A DNA stretch of 64,000 nucleotides from Alphaproteobacteria bacterium (GCA_965261735.1 OZ253470.1:1632001-1696000); one strand, 5' to 3'; numbered from the stretch's first letter, positions 41,545 to 51,993 are shown. Numbers and translations: made by a program. Notes: a model not told the origin generated them from the letters alone.

Positions 41545-42564
41545 TTAACGCCCATGACCGCTACATGTAGGGTGCCGCCACTCTCCCGAGTAAAGCTCGG
41601 CATAAGTTGGAGCAGAGGTGTCGGCCGCGATGCCGAGCAATGAGCGGAAGGCGTTGAACGGGTAGAACCGCCTGTTGAAGCGGAAGGTGAACTCGTTGAG
41701 GTAGGCTTGTAGGTGCTGGTGGCTAACGCCGTGGTGGATACCGATCAGCCACGTCTTCAGGTTGGCGAAAACCAGATGGATGATCGGCAGGTATTGCTCG
41801 GCAACCTCTGGATCACCACACTCGGCAACAGCGAAGTGCTCATAGCCGCGCTTACCGAGGCCAGCATAGCCGCTCCAATCGTCAGTAACGATCAGCGATC
41901 GCGGCGCGACGGTGCTCTCGACGAACCCACAGAGCGACTCGGCGCTACGGTCGAGCACGACGGCGAGCCGAACGCGTCCGGCATAGCGTCCGTCTTTCCG
42001 GTTGTCGAGCTTGGTGCCCGGCTTTCGATGACGCACCTCGATGGCACAGGAGACGGGAACCTTGTGGTGAACACCACGGCCTTCCCCACGCGTTCGCCCG
42101 CCAACCCAGGTTTCGTCCACCTCAACATGGTTCTTGGGCTGTCCACCGATCCTGTCTTGGTTGGGCCGCACCATGCCCGAGCGGAGCTTGTGGAGAATTT
42201 GAAAGGCCGTCTCGTAGCGCGAAAGACCAAGTTGCCGCTGAAACTGCACGGCGGACATGCCGGGCGTCTGACTGGCGACCAGATAAGCGGCCCAGAACCA
42301 GACGTTCAGCGGAGTGTGGCTACGCTCCATCACTGTTCCCACCGTCAGCCCGGTGTTCTGGCGGCACTTGCGGCAGCGCAGGACGCCAGGGCGGTTTTCA
42401 AAGTGGAACGGCTCTCCCGCCGTGCCGCAGTGCGGGCAGGCAAAGCCGTCTCCCCAGCGGGCTTTCTCCAGGTAGGCGGCGCAGGCCGCATCATCGGGGA
42501 AAAGTCGCTGGAACTCGGGTAGCGAATGCGGGAATGGGAGATCGGCGCGGTCGAGAACATCCAT
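41545..42564 (-). CDS. IS1595-family transposase
   Basis: 339 aa, nearly identical to 35427-36446. Confidence 0.95.
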   Translation of the reverse strand: MDVLDRADLPFPHSLPEFQRLFPDDAACAAYLEKARWGDGFACPHCGTAGEPFHFENRPGVLRCRKCRQNTGLTVGTVMERSHTPLNVWFWAAYLVASQTPGMSAVQFQRQLGLSRYETAFQILHKLRSGMVRPNQDRIGGQPKNHVEVDETWVGGRTRGEGRGVHHKVPVSCAIEVRHRKPGTKLDNRKDGRYAGRVRLAVVLDRSAESLCGFVESTVAPRSLIVTDDWSGYAGLGKRGYEHFAVAECGDPEVAEQYLPIIHLVFANLKTWLIGIHHGVSHQHLQAYLNEFTFRFNRRFYPFNAFRSLLGIAADTSAPTYAELYSGEWRHPTCSGHGR

Positions 42565-42597
42565 GGCGCGCTCCCCTATATCCGGGTTGCGCCCATT

Positions 42598-43752
42598 CTA
42601 GTGGATTGATTCCAACGTTTGGAACCCTCTGTTTCGTGCGGCGATGATATGATCGGGGTCGGCTTTCCAGATGAAGGGTTTTGGGTTTGCGTCATTGTAT
42701 TCGCGGACAAATCGGTTGATGGCGGCCTGAAGGTCGACGACGGATTGGAAGACGCCGTATTTGAGCCTGCGCCGCGTTAGTTTGGCGAAGAAGCCCTCGA
42801 CGGCATTGAGCCACGAGCACGAGGTTGGCGTGAAGTGGAAGGTCCAGCGTGGATGGCGGGCGAGCCAGGCGCGGACCTTGTCCTTCTTGTGCGCGGCGTA
42901 GTTGTCGAGGATGACGTGGACGGCCTTGTCCGTCGGCACCTCGCGCTCGATGCGGTTGAGGAAGCGGATGAACTCCTGATGGCGGTGGCGCTGCATGTTC
43001 TGTGCGATGACCGTACCGTCCAGCACGTTGAGCGCGGCGAACAGCGTCGTCGTGCCATGCCGTTTGTAATCATAGGTCATCGTACCGGCGCGGCCCTTCT
43101 TCATCGGCAAGCCGGGTTGGGTGCGGTCGAGCGCCTGGATCTGTGATTTCTCATCAACCGACAGCACCACGGCATGGGCCGGCGGATCGACATACAAGCC
43201 GACGATATCTGTGAGCTTCTCGGCGAAGGCGGGATCATTGGAGAGCTTGAAGTGCCGCCAGCGGTGCGGGCTGAGGCCATGGGCCTTCCAGATCGCTTGG
43301 ACCGTCGACGCCGCGACGCCAGCAACCTTCGCCATCGCGCGCAGCGTCCAGTGGGTCGCCTCGTGCGGCGGCGCTTGCTGGGTCAGGCGGACGATCTCGG
43401 CGACGCGCTCCGGCGGGATCGGCGCTTTGCCAGGCGGACGGGACCTGTCGCGAAGCAAGCCGTTGACACCCTCGTGCATGAACCGCTCCTGCCAGCGCCA
43501 GACACAGGTCTTGGACTTGCCGGTCTCGGCCATGATCGACGAGTTCCCGAGCCCCTCGTCGCTCTTCAGGATGATCCGCGCCCGCCAGACATGTTTCTGC
43601 GAGCTCTTCGGGTCCGCGACGATAGCTTGCAATCGCTGACGGTCGCCAGACGTGACAGTAAAATGGATGCCGGTGCGCATAGCACAGACTCGCATGACAC
43701 CGCACAATACGGAATCTCAAATCGGACTCTTTCGTTCCGATCAATCCACTAG
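42598..43752 (-). mobile_element. IS630-family element (transposase 42598-43680)
   Basis: Termini CTAGTGGATTGA / TCAATCCACTAG; inserted at a CTAG; SVDEKS, LDNY and LNAVE motifs. Confidence 0.93.
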
Positions 43753-43864
43753 CCCTAGTGGGTGTGGGTGTAACCCGGATAGGCAAGCAGCCAACTACAA
43801 CTTCATTTGCGAGTACTTGAGCTAGGCCACCTGGGCGCGCCTGCGGCAGCGGCGTGCCGATCGC

Positions 43865-44242
43865 TCACGGCGCGATGATCTCCCTCTCCTCTGCGACCCA
43901 GATCGGCGAGCGGGCGAGGTCGATGAAGCACTTCTCGTCCTCGACCAGCGCCTGGCTGGCGGCGCGGCCCGCGGGGTTCTGGCGCAAGGTCTCGAGCGCG
44001 GCGCGGTTTTCGTACCAGACCTCGGCGATGCCATCGAAGGGCTCGGGGGCGCCGCGGAAGGCGCCGAGCCGCCGCGTCAGTTCGCCGAGGTCCGAATGCA
44101 GCTGCACGTAGCGCTTGATGCGCAGCGCGTCCTGAAGCTCGCGAACGAGCGCGCCATGGCTGTTCAGCCAGTAGTCCTGGAACTCGGCGAGAGTGAGCGC
44201 CGGCAGCCGGCGCAAGCAGAAGACCACCTTAATCATCGTCAA
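43865..44242 (-). CDS. EthD-domain protein
   Basis: IKVVFCLRR...FQDYWLNSHG...RYVQLH...FDGIAEVWY...DEKCFID. Confidence 0.85.
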   Translation of the reverse strand: MTMIKVVFCLRRLPALTLAEFQDYWLNSHGALVRELQDALRIKRYVQLHSDLGELTRRLGAFRGAPEPFDGIAEVWYENRAALETLRQNPAGRAASQALVEDEKCFIDLARSPIWVAEEREIIAP

Positions 44243-44313
44243 CCGCCCGCCTGTGTGGTTCGTGCTAATCTGCCTCCTCGTAGCAGCCCCTGGAGCGAGA
44301 CGCGAGGGCGATC

Positions 44314-45630
44314 ATGGCGAAGCAGCGTTTCCTTACCGAAGGCTACGGCGGCTATCACCGAGCCGAGGTGCCGCCCGTTGACGAGGTGCTCACGCGGGTC
44401 GGGCCGGGCACCCCGGGCGGCGAGTACCTGCGCCGCTTCTGGCACCCGGTGATCCACTCGGAGACGCTCCGCGACCTGCCGATCGCGATCCGAATCCTCG
44501 GTGAGGACCTCGTCGTCTTTCGCGACGGGAGTGGACAGGTCGGGCTGCTAGAGCGGCACTGCAGCCACCGCGGCACCTCGCTCGAATTCGGCCAGATCGC
44601 CGAGCGCGGGATCAGGTGCTGCTATCACGGCTGGCATTTCGACATCGACGGCGCGGTTCTCGACACTCCCGCCGAGCCCGACGACAACCCCTATGTGGGC
44701 AAGCTCTACCACGGCGCTTACCCGACCCTCGAGTACCGCGGGCTTGTGTTCGCTTACATGGGGCCGCCCGAACGCAAGCCCGCCCTACCCGTCTACGACA
44801 GCTTCGAGGATGCCGGCAACAGCATGGGCCTCGGCGAGCCCCACGCCCTTGGTGCCACCTTTCAGCCCTGCAACTGGCTGCAGATCGTGGACAACGTCCC
44901 CGACCAGGGGCACGAGGCGTTCCTGCACGCCCGCAGCACGGGCCCCCAGTTCCTCGATCAGAACCGCCGGCTCGTCGAGGAAGTCTCGATCGTCGGCGAG
45001 CTCGACTGGTGGGAGACGCCGATCGGCATCGCCTGTCACGAGACGCGGCGGCTGGGTGAGAGTGTCTGGGTGCGCTCGATGGAGTATATCTGTGCGACTG
45101 CGGTCCAGGTGTGCGACACGCCGGTTCTGCCGCCCCGCTACGGCAACGGCGAGAGCGAGATCCTCGTGCCGCCGCGGATCGTCCGCTGGTACACACCCAT
45201 CGACGATGCCAGCACGCTCGCTTTCTCCTTCATCCTGTACCGGCAGGGAGAGCCTCAGGACTACGTCACCAACCCCACCCCGGCGGCCAGGGCGCTCTAT
45301 GGCGACCGCCCGTACGAAGAAAGCCAGCGTTTCCCGGGTGACTACGACGCTCAGGTGGGCCAACGACCGATTGCGGTCCACGCCGCCGAGCACCTGGGGT
45401 CGTCGGATCGCGGCATCGCCATGTTGCGCAAGATGGTGCGAGACGGCATCGAGGACGTGGCGCGCGGCGAAGACCCCAGGGGGACCAATCGCGCGGCGGG
45501 CGGCGTCGTGGCGACCTATTCGCGGGAGACGGTCATTCGGCTGGCGCCCGCGGCTACGCCCGAGGAGGACAAGGCGCTTCTGCGCAAGGCTTCACGCGAG
45601 GTGTTTGAGCGCGCGCTCGGTACCGGCTAA
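44314..45630 (+). CDS. Rieske non-heme iron oxygenase alpha subunit (phthalate/vanillate-type)
   Basis: LTRVGPGTPGGEYLRRFWHP, CSHRG...CCYHGW, and mononuclear iron motif DQGHEAFLH. Confidence 0.9.
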   Translation: MAKQRFLTEGYGGYHRAEVPPVDEVLTRVGPGTPGGEYLRRFWHPVIHSETLRDLPIAIRILGEDLVVFRDGSGQVGLLERHCSHRGTSLEFGQIAERGIRCCYHGWHFDIDGAVLDTPAEPDDNPYVGKLYHGAYPTLEYRGLVFAYMGPPERKPALPVYDSFEDAGNSMGLGEPHALGATFQPCNWLQIVDNVPDQGHEAFLHARSTGPQFLDQNRRLVEEVSIVGELDWWETPIGIACHETRRLGESVWVRSMEYICATAVQVCDTPVLPPRYGNGESEILVPPRIVRWYTPIDDASTLAFSFILYRQGEPQDYVTNPTPAARALYGDRPYEESQRFPGDYDAQVGQRPIAVHAAEHLGSSDRGIAMLRKMVRDGIEDVARGEDPRGTNRAAGGVVATYSRETVIRLAPAATPEEDKALLRKASREVFERALGTG

Positions 45631-45641
45631 CGAAGGCGCGC

Positions 45642-45962
45642 TCAACCTGCCGCGCAGCTGATGCACTTCGCGGCCCAGGGAATGGCCTCCAGCCGCTTCT
45701 CGCCGACCGGTTCGCCGCAACCGGTGCAGGTGCCGTAGGTGCCGATCTCGATGCGCTTGAGGGCGTTGCGGATCTCGGTGATTTCCTGCAACGCCGATTC
45801 GCCGAGGCGCTCCAGAACCTCGTCGCCCTCTTGCTCGGTCGCGCGGTCTTCGGCATCGGCGCTGTCGGGCTCGCGGAGCTCGGCGTCGATTTCCCTGGCC
45901 TCCTTGTCGAGGTCGGCAAGCCGGGCCTCCAGGCGGGCGCGCGTTTCGTCAAGTCCGGGCAT
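45642..45962 (-). CDS. TraR/DksA C4-type zinc finger protein
   Basis: ALKRIEIGTYGTCTGCGEPVGEKRLEAIPWAAKCISCA. Confidence 0.9.
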   Translation of the reverse strand: MPGLDETRARLEARLADLDKEAREIDAELREPDSADAEDRATEQEGDEVLERLGESALQEITEIRNALKRIEIGTYGTCTGCGEPVGEKRLEAIPWAAKCISCAAG

Positions 45963-46098
45963 GTCGTCGTGGCTCCGTCGTCGCTGCTGCGGGAGTCCAA
46001 GACTACGTTGTCTTGAGCGCCTTTGAAAACACCCGCGTACGATCGCTTGGTGGGACGGCGCGGATCGGAACCTAGTGGACCGCAACAACTCGATCGGG

Positions 46099-47022
46099 AT
46101 GGCGTCCATGCCTCAGCCGCTCCTGGCCGTCGTGGCGCTCGCGGTGGCGATCACCCTCGGGCCCGCCGCCAAGGGCGCCAAGCTGCATGTCGAGGTGGTG
46201 ATGCTCGACCATCTCCCGGCGGCGGCGGGCGATCGGGTGACACAGAAGCGCCCAGGCATGCTGCCTGACGGCCGTATCGTCCGGGGAGGCGGAACGATCC
46301 GGGCCGCCTGGTTCGTCGGGCCGACGCGCCGCTACGCCCATGGCGTCCTCGGGGAAGCGATCGAGGCTTCGGGACTGGCCGTCGAAACGGCCGGCGGAGC
46401 CGTCCTGTCCCTGGCGTTGGACGACGACGCCGTGTTCGAGGACGTCGTTCCGCGGCTCGTCGACCTGGATGGCGACGGCCGGGACGAGGTGCTCGTGATC
46501 AAGACCACCCTGACCAAGGGCGCCGCGCTGGCGCTGGCCGCGGTGCGCGACGGACGGCTCGCGATCATCGCCGAGGGCGAGCCCATCGGTCGCCCTCGGC
46601 GGTGGCTCAATCCGGTCGGGATCGGTGATTTCGATGGCGATGGGCGCGTGGAGACAGCGCACGTCGAGACCCCCCATATCGGCGGTACGCTCGTCCTAAG
46701 CCGCATGGAAAGGGGGCGTCTGGTGGCGGTCCGCCGCGCCCGCGGCTTCTCCAACCACCGGTTGGGGTCGCGCGAGCTCGGCCTATCGAGCGTGCTCGAT
46801 GCGGACGGCGACCGCGTCCCCGATCTCGTGGTGCCCGACGATTCGCGCACCCGCCTGCGCGTCGTCAGCTTCGCCGGCGGTCCGATGCGGGAACTCGCCC
46901 GCCCCGAGCTCGGCGCCGAGATCGCCTCCCTGCGCTTCGCCGATGTCGACGGTGACGGGAGAAGGGACGTCACTTTCCGCCTGTCGGACGGAAGGGTGGG
47001 GCGGCTGCTATTCCGCCCCTGA
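46099..47022 (+). CDS. FG-GAP/VCBS-repeat secreted protein
   Basis: Signal peptide and DLDGDGRDE, DFDGDG, DADGD, DVDGDG repeats; start position uncertain. Confidence 0.82.
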   Translation: MASMPQPLLAVVALAVAITLGPAAKGAKLHVEVVMLDHLPAAAGDRVTQKRPGMLPDGRIVRGGGTIRAAWFVGPTRRYAHGVLGEAIEASGLAVETAGGAVLSLALDDDAVFEDVVPRLVDLDGDGRDEVLVIKTTLTKGAALALAAVRDGRLAIIAEGEPIGRPRRWLNPVGIGDFDGDGRVETAHVETPHIGGTLVLSRMERGRLVAVRRARGFSNHRLGSRELGLSSVLDADGDRVPDLVVPDDSRTRLRVVSFAGGPMRELARPELGAEIASLRFADVDGDGRRDVTFRLSDGRVGRLLFRP

Positions 47023-47040
47023 ACGCTCAGTGGGCGCCGT

Positions 47041-47352
47041 CTAGCCGTGCTTGTGGAAGCCGTCGGGGTTTTGCGCCGCGAAGGCCGCCTTCTGCTCGGC
47101 GCTCGCCTCGGTCTGGTACTTGGCCTTCCACTCCGGATAGGGCATGCCGTACACGAGTTCGCGCGCGTCTTCGTAGGAGATATCGAGGCCCCGGTCTCCG
47201 GCCGCCGCCGAGTACCACTTCGACAGGCAGTTGCGGCAGAACCCGGCGAGGTTCATAAGGTCGATGTTTTGCACGTCAGTGCGCTCCTTAAGGTGCGCCA
47301 CGAGCGTGCGATAGGCCGCCGCTTCGAGCTCGGTCCGCGTGGCATCGTCCAT
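47041..47352 (-). CDS. DUF1244 protein
   Basis: RTDVQNIDLMNLAGFCRNCLSKWY...VYGMPYPEWK. Confidence 0.9.
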   Translation of the reverse strand: MDDATRTELEAAAYRTLVAHLKERTDVQNIDLMNLAGFCRNCLSKWYSAAAGDRGLDISYEDARELVYGMPYPEWKAKYQTEASAEQKAAFAAQNPDGFHKHG

Positions 47353-47421
47353 GTTCGCTCCCTCCGTTCGCGCCGCCCTTATGATAGTCGCGGGCGCGCG
47401 CAAATCCAACTCCGGCGGTGG

Positions 47422-48231
47422 TCAATACCGCTGGCGTACAAAGAGCGACTTATCCGCGAGCACCTCGACTAGCGGGGCCGCGAGGCGCTGCGCCCAGGCC
47501 CGCGTAGCCTCGTCGGTCTCGACGAGATCCTGGCGGATCTCGATTTCGACGTGCGGCCGGCCGTGCCCCGCACCGTGGGTGAGCAGCGAATAGCTCTCGG
47601 GCGAGCGCACCGAATAGGGCTCGTTGTCGCCCACGACCAACGCCGGATCGGCCCTCAAGGCGGCGAGCAGCGGCGCGGCCAGCCGGGCATCGCGCTCCCA
47701 CAGGATGCCGACGTGCCAGGGCCGGGCAAAGCCTTGCCAGGTCGGCGTAAAGCTATGGACATGGACCAATGCAGGCACGATGCCGCGGGCCTCGAATCGC
47801 TCCGCCAGGGCCTCGACCGCGGCGTGGAAGGGCCGAAAGTAGGCGTCCGCCCTGCGCTCGGCCTCGGCCTCGTCCACGAACGCGTTGCCGGGAACGGCGA
47901 CGCCGTCGCTGACCGCGACGATGGAGGCCGGGTTATCGAGGCTGCGGTTGCAGTCGATGAACAGGCGCGATGCGCCCGACAGGACCGCCGCCGCCCCAAC
48001 GGCCTCACTCAGGTGCCGCGTGACCTCGGCGGCACCCGGGTCCCACGCGATGTGATCGCGCGAGGCTCGCGAATCGAGACCCAAATTGCCGTACGCCGCC
48101 GGCAAGGCATTGCTGGCGTGGTCGCACACGAGGACGAGCGGCGCCGCGGCATCGGCGTTGAGGATCGTGAACGGCGGCGGATCGTCTTGGCCGGGGCTGT
48201 GCTTGCCGTTGGTTGCCGGCATGTCATCCAT
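47422..48231 (-). CDS. N-formylglutamate amidohydrolase family
   Basis: LVCDHASN, HIAWDPGA, SRLFIDCNR, HSFTP, GDNEPY and EIRQDL motifs. Confidence 0.9.
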   Translation of the reverse strand: MDDMPATNGKHSPGQDDPPPFTILNADAAAPLVLVCDHASNALPAAYGNLGLDSRASRDHIAWDPGAAEVTRHLSEAVGAAAVLSGASRLFIDCNRSLDNPASIVAVSDGVAVPGNAFVDEAEAERRADAYFRPFHAAVEALAERFEARGIVPALVHVHSFTPTWQGFARPWHVGILWERDARLAAPLLAALRADPALVVGDNEPYSVRSPESYSLLTHGAGHGRPHVEIEIRQDLVETDEATRAWAQRLAAPLVEVLADKSLFVRQRY

Positions 48232-48335
48232 TACCGCACTATATAGATGGCCCGATGGCGCCGCGCCGCCGCTTAAGGCCGCGTGGACGAATCGCCGGCG
48301 GGCGGGCTATAACCGCGCGACCCTGGAGCTTCCCC

Positions 48336-49250
48336 ATGATCCTCGATCTCGGGCGCGCGCGGCTTCCGCTTGCGGCATTGTTCGCCGGCGCGCTCGGCAT
48401 CGCCTTCTCGCCGATCTTCGTGCGCCTGTCCGAGCTCGGCCCGAGCGCCACGGCGTTTCACCGCGTCTTCCTCGCACTCCCCATATTGTGGCTGTGGATG
48501 GCGGCCGAGGCCCACGGCACGCGTCGGCGCCCGAGCCGGCGCGAGTTGTGGTGGCTGGTTATGGCCGGCGTGTTCTTCGCCGCCGACCTCGGGGTGTGGC
48601 ACTGGTCGATCCGCTTCACCTCGGTCGCCAACGCCACCCTGCTCGCCAACCTCGCGCCGGTGTTCGTCGCGCTGGCCGCGTGGTCGCTGTTCGATGAGCA
48701 CATCACGCCGCTGTTCGTCGGTGGCCTCGCCCTCGCCGTCGTCGGTGTCGCACTCATGGTCGGGGCCGACGTGGGCGGTGGGGAGCGGCTGTTGGGCGAT
48801 GGCCTCGGCATCCTCGCGGCCGTGTTCTACGCCGGCTACATCCTGACCGTGAGCCGCCTGCGCGCCGCCCTCACGACCATGACGATCATGGCCTACTCCA
48901 GCGCCATTGCGGCGATCGTGCTCTTGCCGCTGGCGCTGGCCTCGGGCGAGGGCCTGATCGCGGCGACCGCCTTCGGCTGGGCCATGCTCGTCGGCATCGC
49001 CCTCGTCTCACAGGTCGCCGGCCAGAGCCTGATCGCCTATGCGCTTGCCCATTTGCCGGCACCGTTCACGTCGGTCGGCCTGCTCGTCCAGCCGCTGGCG
49101 GCGGCACTGCTCGCCTGGGTGATCCTGGCCGAGCCCCTGGGCGCGCTGCAGGCGCTCGGCGGCGCGGTGGCGATCGCCGGCATCGTGCTCGCGCATCGTG
49201 GCAGCGACGTCACCGGGCGCGGCGCACCGGCACCGGCGCGAAGGCCTTGA
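48336..49250 (+). CDS. DMT/EamA-family transporter
   Basis: About 10 TM segments; TSVANATLLANLAPVF. Confidence 0.88.
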   Translation: MILDLGRARLPLAALFAGALGIAFSPIFVRLSELGPSATAFHRVFLALPILWLWMAAEAHGTRRRPSRRELWWLVMAGVFFAADLGVWHWSIRFTSVANATLLANLAPVFVALAAWSLFDEHITPLFVGGLALAVVGVALMVGADVGGGERLLGDGLGILAAVFYAGYILTVSRLRAALTTMTIMAYSSAIAAIVLLPLALASGEGLIAATAFGWAMLVGIALVSQVAGQSLIAYALAHLPAPFTSVGLLVQPLAAALLAWVILAEPLGALQALGGAVAIAGIVLAHRGSDVTGRGAPAPARRP

Positions 49251-50539
49251 TCCCGAACCCCATGAGCAGCGCCACGGCGCGCCGCGGCGGCGGGCTCGCT
49301 TGGACCGTGTGGGCGCTGGGCACGGCGTTCTACGCCTACGGCTTCTTCCAGCGCGTCGCGCCGAGCGTGATGGTGAGCGAGCTCATGCGCGAGTTCGCGG
49401 CCACCGCCGTCGTGCTCGGCAACCTGTCGGCCTTCTACTTCTACGCCTACGCCGGCCTTCAGCTGCCGCTCGGCGTCGTCCTCGACGCCCTCGGCCCACG
49501 GCGCGTCATGGCGGCGGGGGCGCTCGTCGCGGCGCTGGGCAGCACCCTGTTCGGCGCCGCCGAGACTCTCGGGCTCGCCTATCTCGGGCGCCTGCTGATC
49601 GGCGCCGGTGTCGCCGTGGCGCTGATCGGCACCCTGAAGCTCGCGATGGCGTGGTTCCCGGCGCGCCGCTTCGCCACCGTGTCGGGGCTCACGATGTTGG
49701 TCGGCACCCTCGGCGCCGTCGCCGGGCAGGCCCCCTTGGCGGCCTTCGTCGAAGCCGTCGGCTGGCGCGCCGCGCTGCTGTGGGCCGCGACCTTCGGGCT
49801 CTTGATGGCCGTGCTGCTGTGGACGGTGGTGCGCGACCAACCGGCCCCGGCGCCGCTTGCGCCGGGCGGGGCCACGGCCGCGCAACCCTCGATCGCCCAG
49901 GGCCTGCGCCGGATCCTCGCCAACCCTCAGACCTGGCTCATCGCCCTCTACTCGGGAATGATGAGCGCGCCGTGGCTGACCTTCGCTGGCCTGTGGGGCG
50001 TCCCCTTTGCCATGGTCGCCTACGGCCTCGATCGGTCGGCGGCTGCTGCGGCGATGTCGGTCGTCCTCATTGGCTTTGCCGTCGGCGCGCCCCTCGGCGG
50101 CTGGATTTCCGATGCGATGTCGCGCCGCCGCCCGGTCATGATCGGTGGCGCCGCCGGCTGCCTGGTGACGTGGCTGCTCATCCTGTACCTCCGCCAGCCG
50201 CCAATGGCTGTCATCTACGTACTGTTCTTTCTCAACGGCTGGTTCAGCGGCACGGTCATCATCATGTTCGCGCTCGCGCGCGAGCACAACGCGCCGCAGT
50301 TCGGCGGCACGCTCGCCGGCTTCATCAACACCGCCGGAATTGGCACAGTAGCGATCCTGCAGCCGAGCGTCGGCTATGTGCTCGACCTCCTGTGGACCGG
50401 CGAGATGCAGGACGGCTTGCGCCTCTATGCCGAAGCCACGTACCTGCGCGCCTTCCTCGCTTTTCCTGCGTGCGCCGCGGTCGCCCTGGTGGCGTCGGTT
50501 GTGACACGCGAAACTCATTGCCGGCAACAGGTCCACTAG
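49247..50539 (+). CDS. MFS transporter
   Basis: About 12 TM segments; QLPLGVVLDALGPRR motif A. Confidence 0.9.
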   Translation: MIPNPMSSATARRGGGLAWTVWALGTAFYAYGFFQRVAPSVMVSELMREFAATAVVLGNLSAFYFYAYAGLQLPLGVVLDALGPRRVMAAGALVAALGSTLFGAAETLGLAYLGRLLIGAGVAVALIGTLKLAMAWFPARRFATVSGLTMLVGTLGAVAGQAPLAAFVEAVGWRAALLWAATFGLLMAVLLWTVVRDQPAPAPLAPGGATAAQPSIAQGLRRILANPQTWLIALYSGMMSAPWLTFAGLWGVPFAMVAYGLDRSAAAAAMSVVLIGFAVGAPLGGWISDAMSRRRPVMIGGAAGCLVTWLLILYLRQPPMAVIYVLFFLNGWFSGTVIIMFALAREHNAPQFGGTLAGFINTAGIGTVAILQPSVGYVLDLLWTGEMQDGLRLYAEATYLRAFLAFPACAAVALVASVVTRETHCRQQVH

Positions 50540-50571
50540 GTCGCACCGCGGTTTGGAGTTAAGATTCCGCC

Positions 50572-51993
50572 ATGCAGCGCCGCCGCAAGGTCAAGATCCT
50601 CGCCACCCTGGGGCCGGCGAGCGCGACGCCCGAGATCGTCGCCGCCCTGTTCGAGGCGGGCGCGGATGTCTTTCGCCTCAACTTCAGCCATGGCGACCAG
50701 GCCGCTCACGCCACGGCGCACGGCATCATCCGTGGGCTCGAGGCCGAGGTCGGTCGGCCGGTCGGCATTCTCGTCGACATCCAGGGCCCCAAGCTACGCG
50801 TCGGCAGATTTGCCGGTGGTGGCGCGACCCTGGAGAACGGCGCGACCTTCCGGCTCGACACGGCGCCCGACGAAGGCGACGGGACGCGCGCGTCGGTGCC
50901 GCACGCCGAGGTTTTCGCCGCGCTCGAACCCGGCACCCACATCCTGCTCGACGACGGCCGCATCCGGCTCGAGGTCGTCGAGGCGGGCCGCGATCATGCG
51001 CAGACGCTGGTGCTGGCCGGGGGCGACATCGCCGACCGCAAGGGCATCAACGTGCCCAACGCGATCCTGCCGCTGTCGGCGATCACGGAAAAGGACCGCG
51101 GCGACCTCGCGTTCGCCCTCGACCTCGGGGTCGACTGGGTCGGCCTGTCGTTCGTCCAGCGCCCCGAGGACATCGCCGAGGCCTCGAAGCTCGTTTCCGG
51201 GCGGGCGGGGCTGCTGGCCAAGATCGAGAAGCCGGCCGCGATCGCCGAGCTCGACGACATCATCGACCTCGCCGACGCGATCATGGTGGCGCGCGGCGAC
51301 CTCGGAGTAGAAATGCCGCCGGAGGAGACGCCGGGCCTGCAGAAGCGAATCATTCGCTTGGCGCGCGGGGCCGGAAAGCCGGTCGTTGTGGCGACCCAGA
51401 TGCTCGAATCCATGGTCACCATGCCGGTGCCGACCCGTGCCGAAGTGTCCGACGTGGCCACGGCGGTGTACGACGGTGCCGATGCGGTGATGTTGTCGGC
51501 CGAAACGGCGACGGGAAAGCACCCCGTGGCGGCCGTCACCATGATGGATCGCATCGCCCGCCAGGTCGAGCAGGACCCGCTCTACGACTCGCTCGTCGAG
51601 GCTCTACAAGTCCTCCCCGAGGCGACGACGGCGGACGCCATCAGCGCCGCCGCGCGCCAGGCCGCGGTGACGGTCGGCGCGGCGGCCATCGTCACCTACA
51701 CGAGCTCCGGCTCGACCGCGTTGCGCGCCGCGCGCGAGCGCCCCCGGGTGCGCATGCTGGCGTTGACGCCGAATATCGAAACGGCACGCCGGCTCGCGCT
51801 GGCGTGGGGGCTGCACTGCGTCCACACCACCGACGCCACGGATTTCTCGGACATGTTGGAGGGCGCCTATCGCCATGCCGTGAGCGAGGGCTTCGCCAGC
51901 GCCGGTGACCAGCTCGTCGTTACCGCCGGCGTCCCGTTCGGGACGCCCGGCGCGACGAACGTCCTGCGCATCGCCACCATCGGCGAAGCCTAG
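50572..51993 (+). CDS. pyk: Pyruvate kinase
   Basis: KILATLGPAS, FRLNFSHG, AKIEK, MVARGDLGVE and ATQMLESM motifs. Confidence 0.96.
   Translation: MQRRRKVKILATLGPASATPEIVAALFEAGADVFRLNFSHGDQAAHATAHGIIRGLEAEVGRPVGILVDIQGPKLRVGRFAGGGATLENGATFRLDTAPDEGDGTRASVPHAEVFAALEPGTHILLDDGRIRLEVVEAGRDHAQTLVLAGGDIADRKGINVPNAILPLSAITEKDRGDLAFALDLGVDWVGLSFVQRPEDIAEASKLVSGRAGLLAKIEKPAAIAELDDIIDLADAIMVARGDLGVEMPPEETPGLQKRIIRLARGAGKPVVVATQMLESMVTMPVPTRAEVSDVATAVYDGADAVMLSAETATGKHPVAAVTMMDRIARQVEQDPLYDSLVEALQVLPEATTADAISAAARQAAVTVGAAAIVTYTSSGSTALRAARERPRVRMLALTPNIETARRLALAWGLHCVHTTDATDFSDMLEGAYRHAVSEGFASAGDQLVVTAGVPFGTPGATNVLRIATIGEA

Larger units (their letters stand above)
41532..43787 (-). mobile_element. IS1595-family copy C with a nested IS630
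   Basis: Right IR at 41532, transposase 41545-42564, and the rest of the left end at 43753-43787. Confidence 0.93.
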
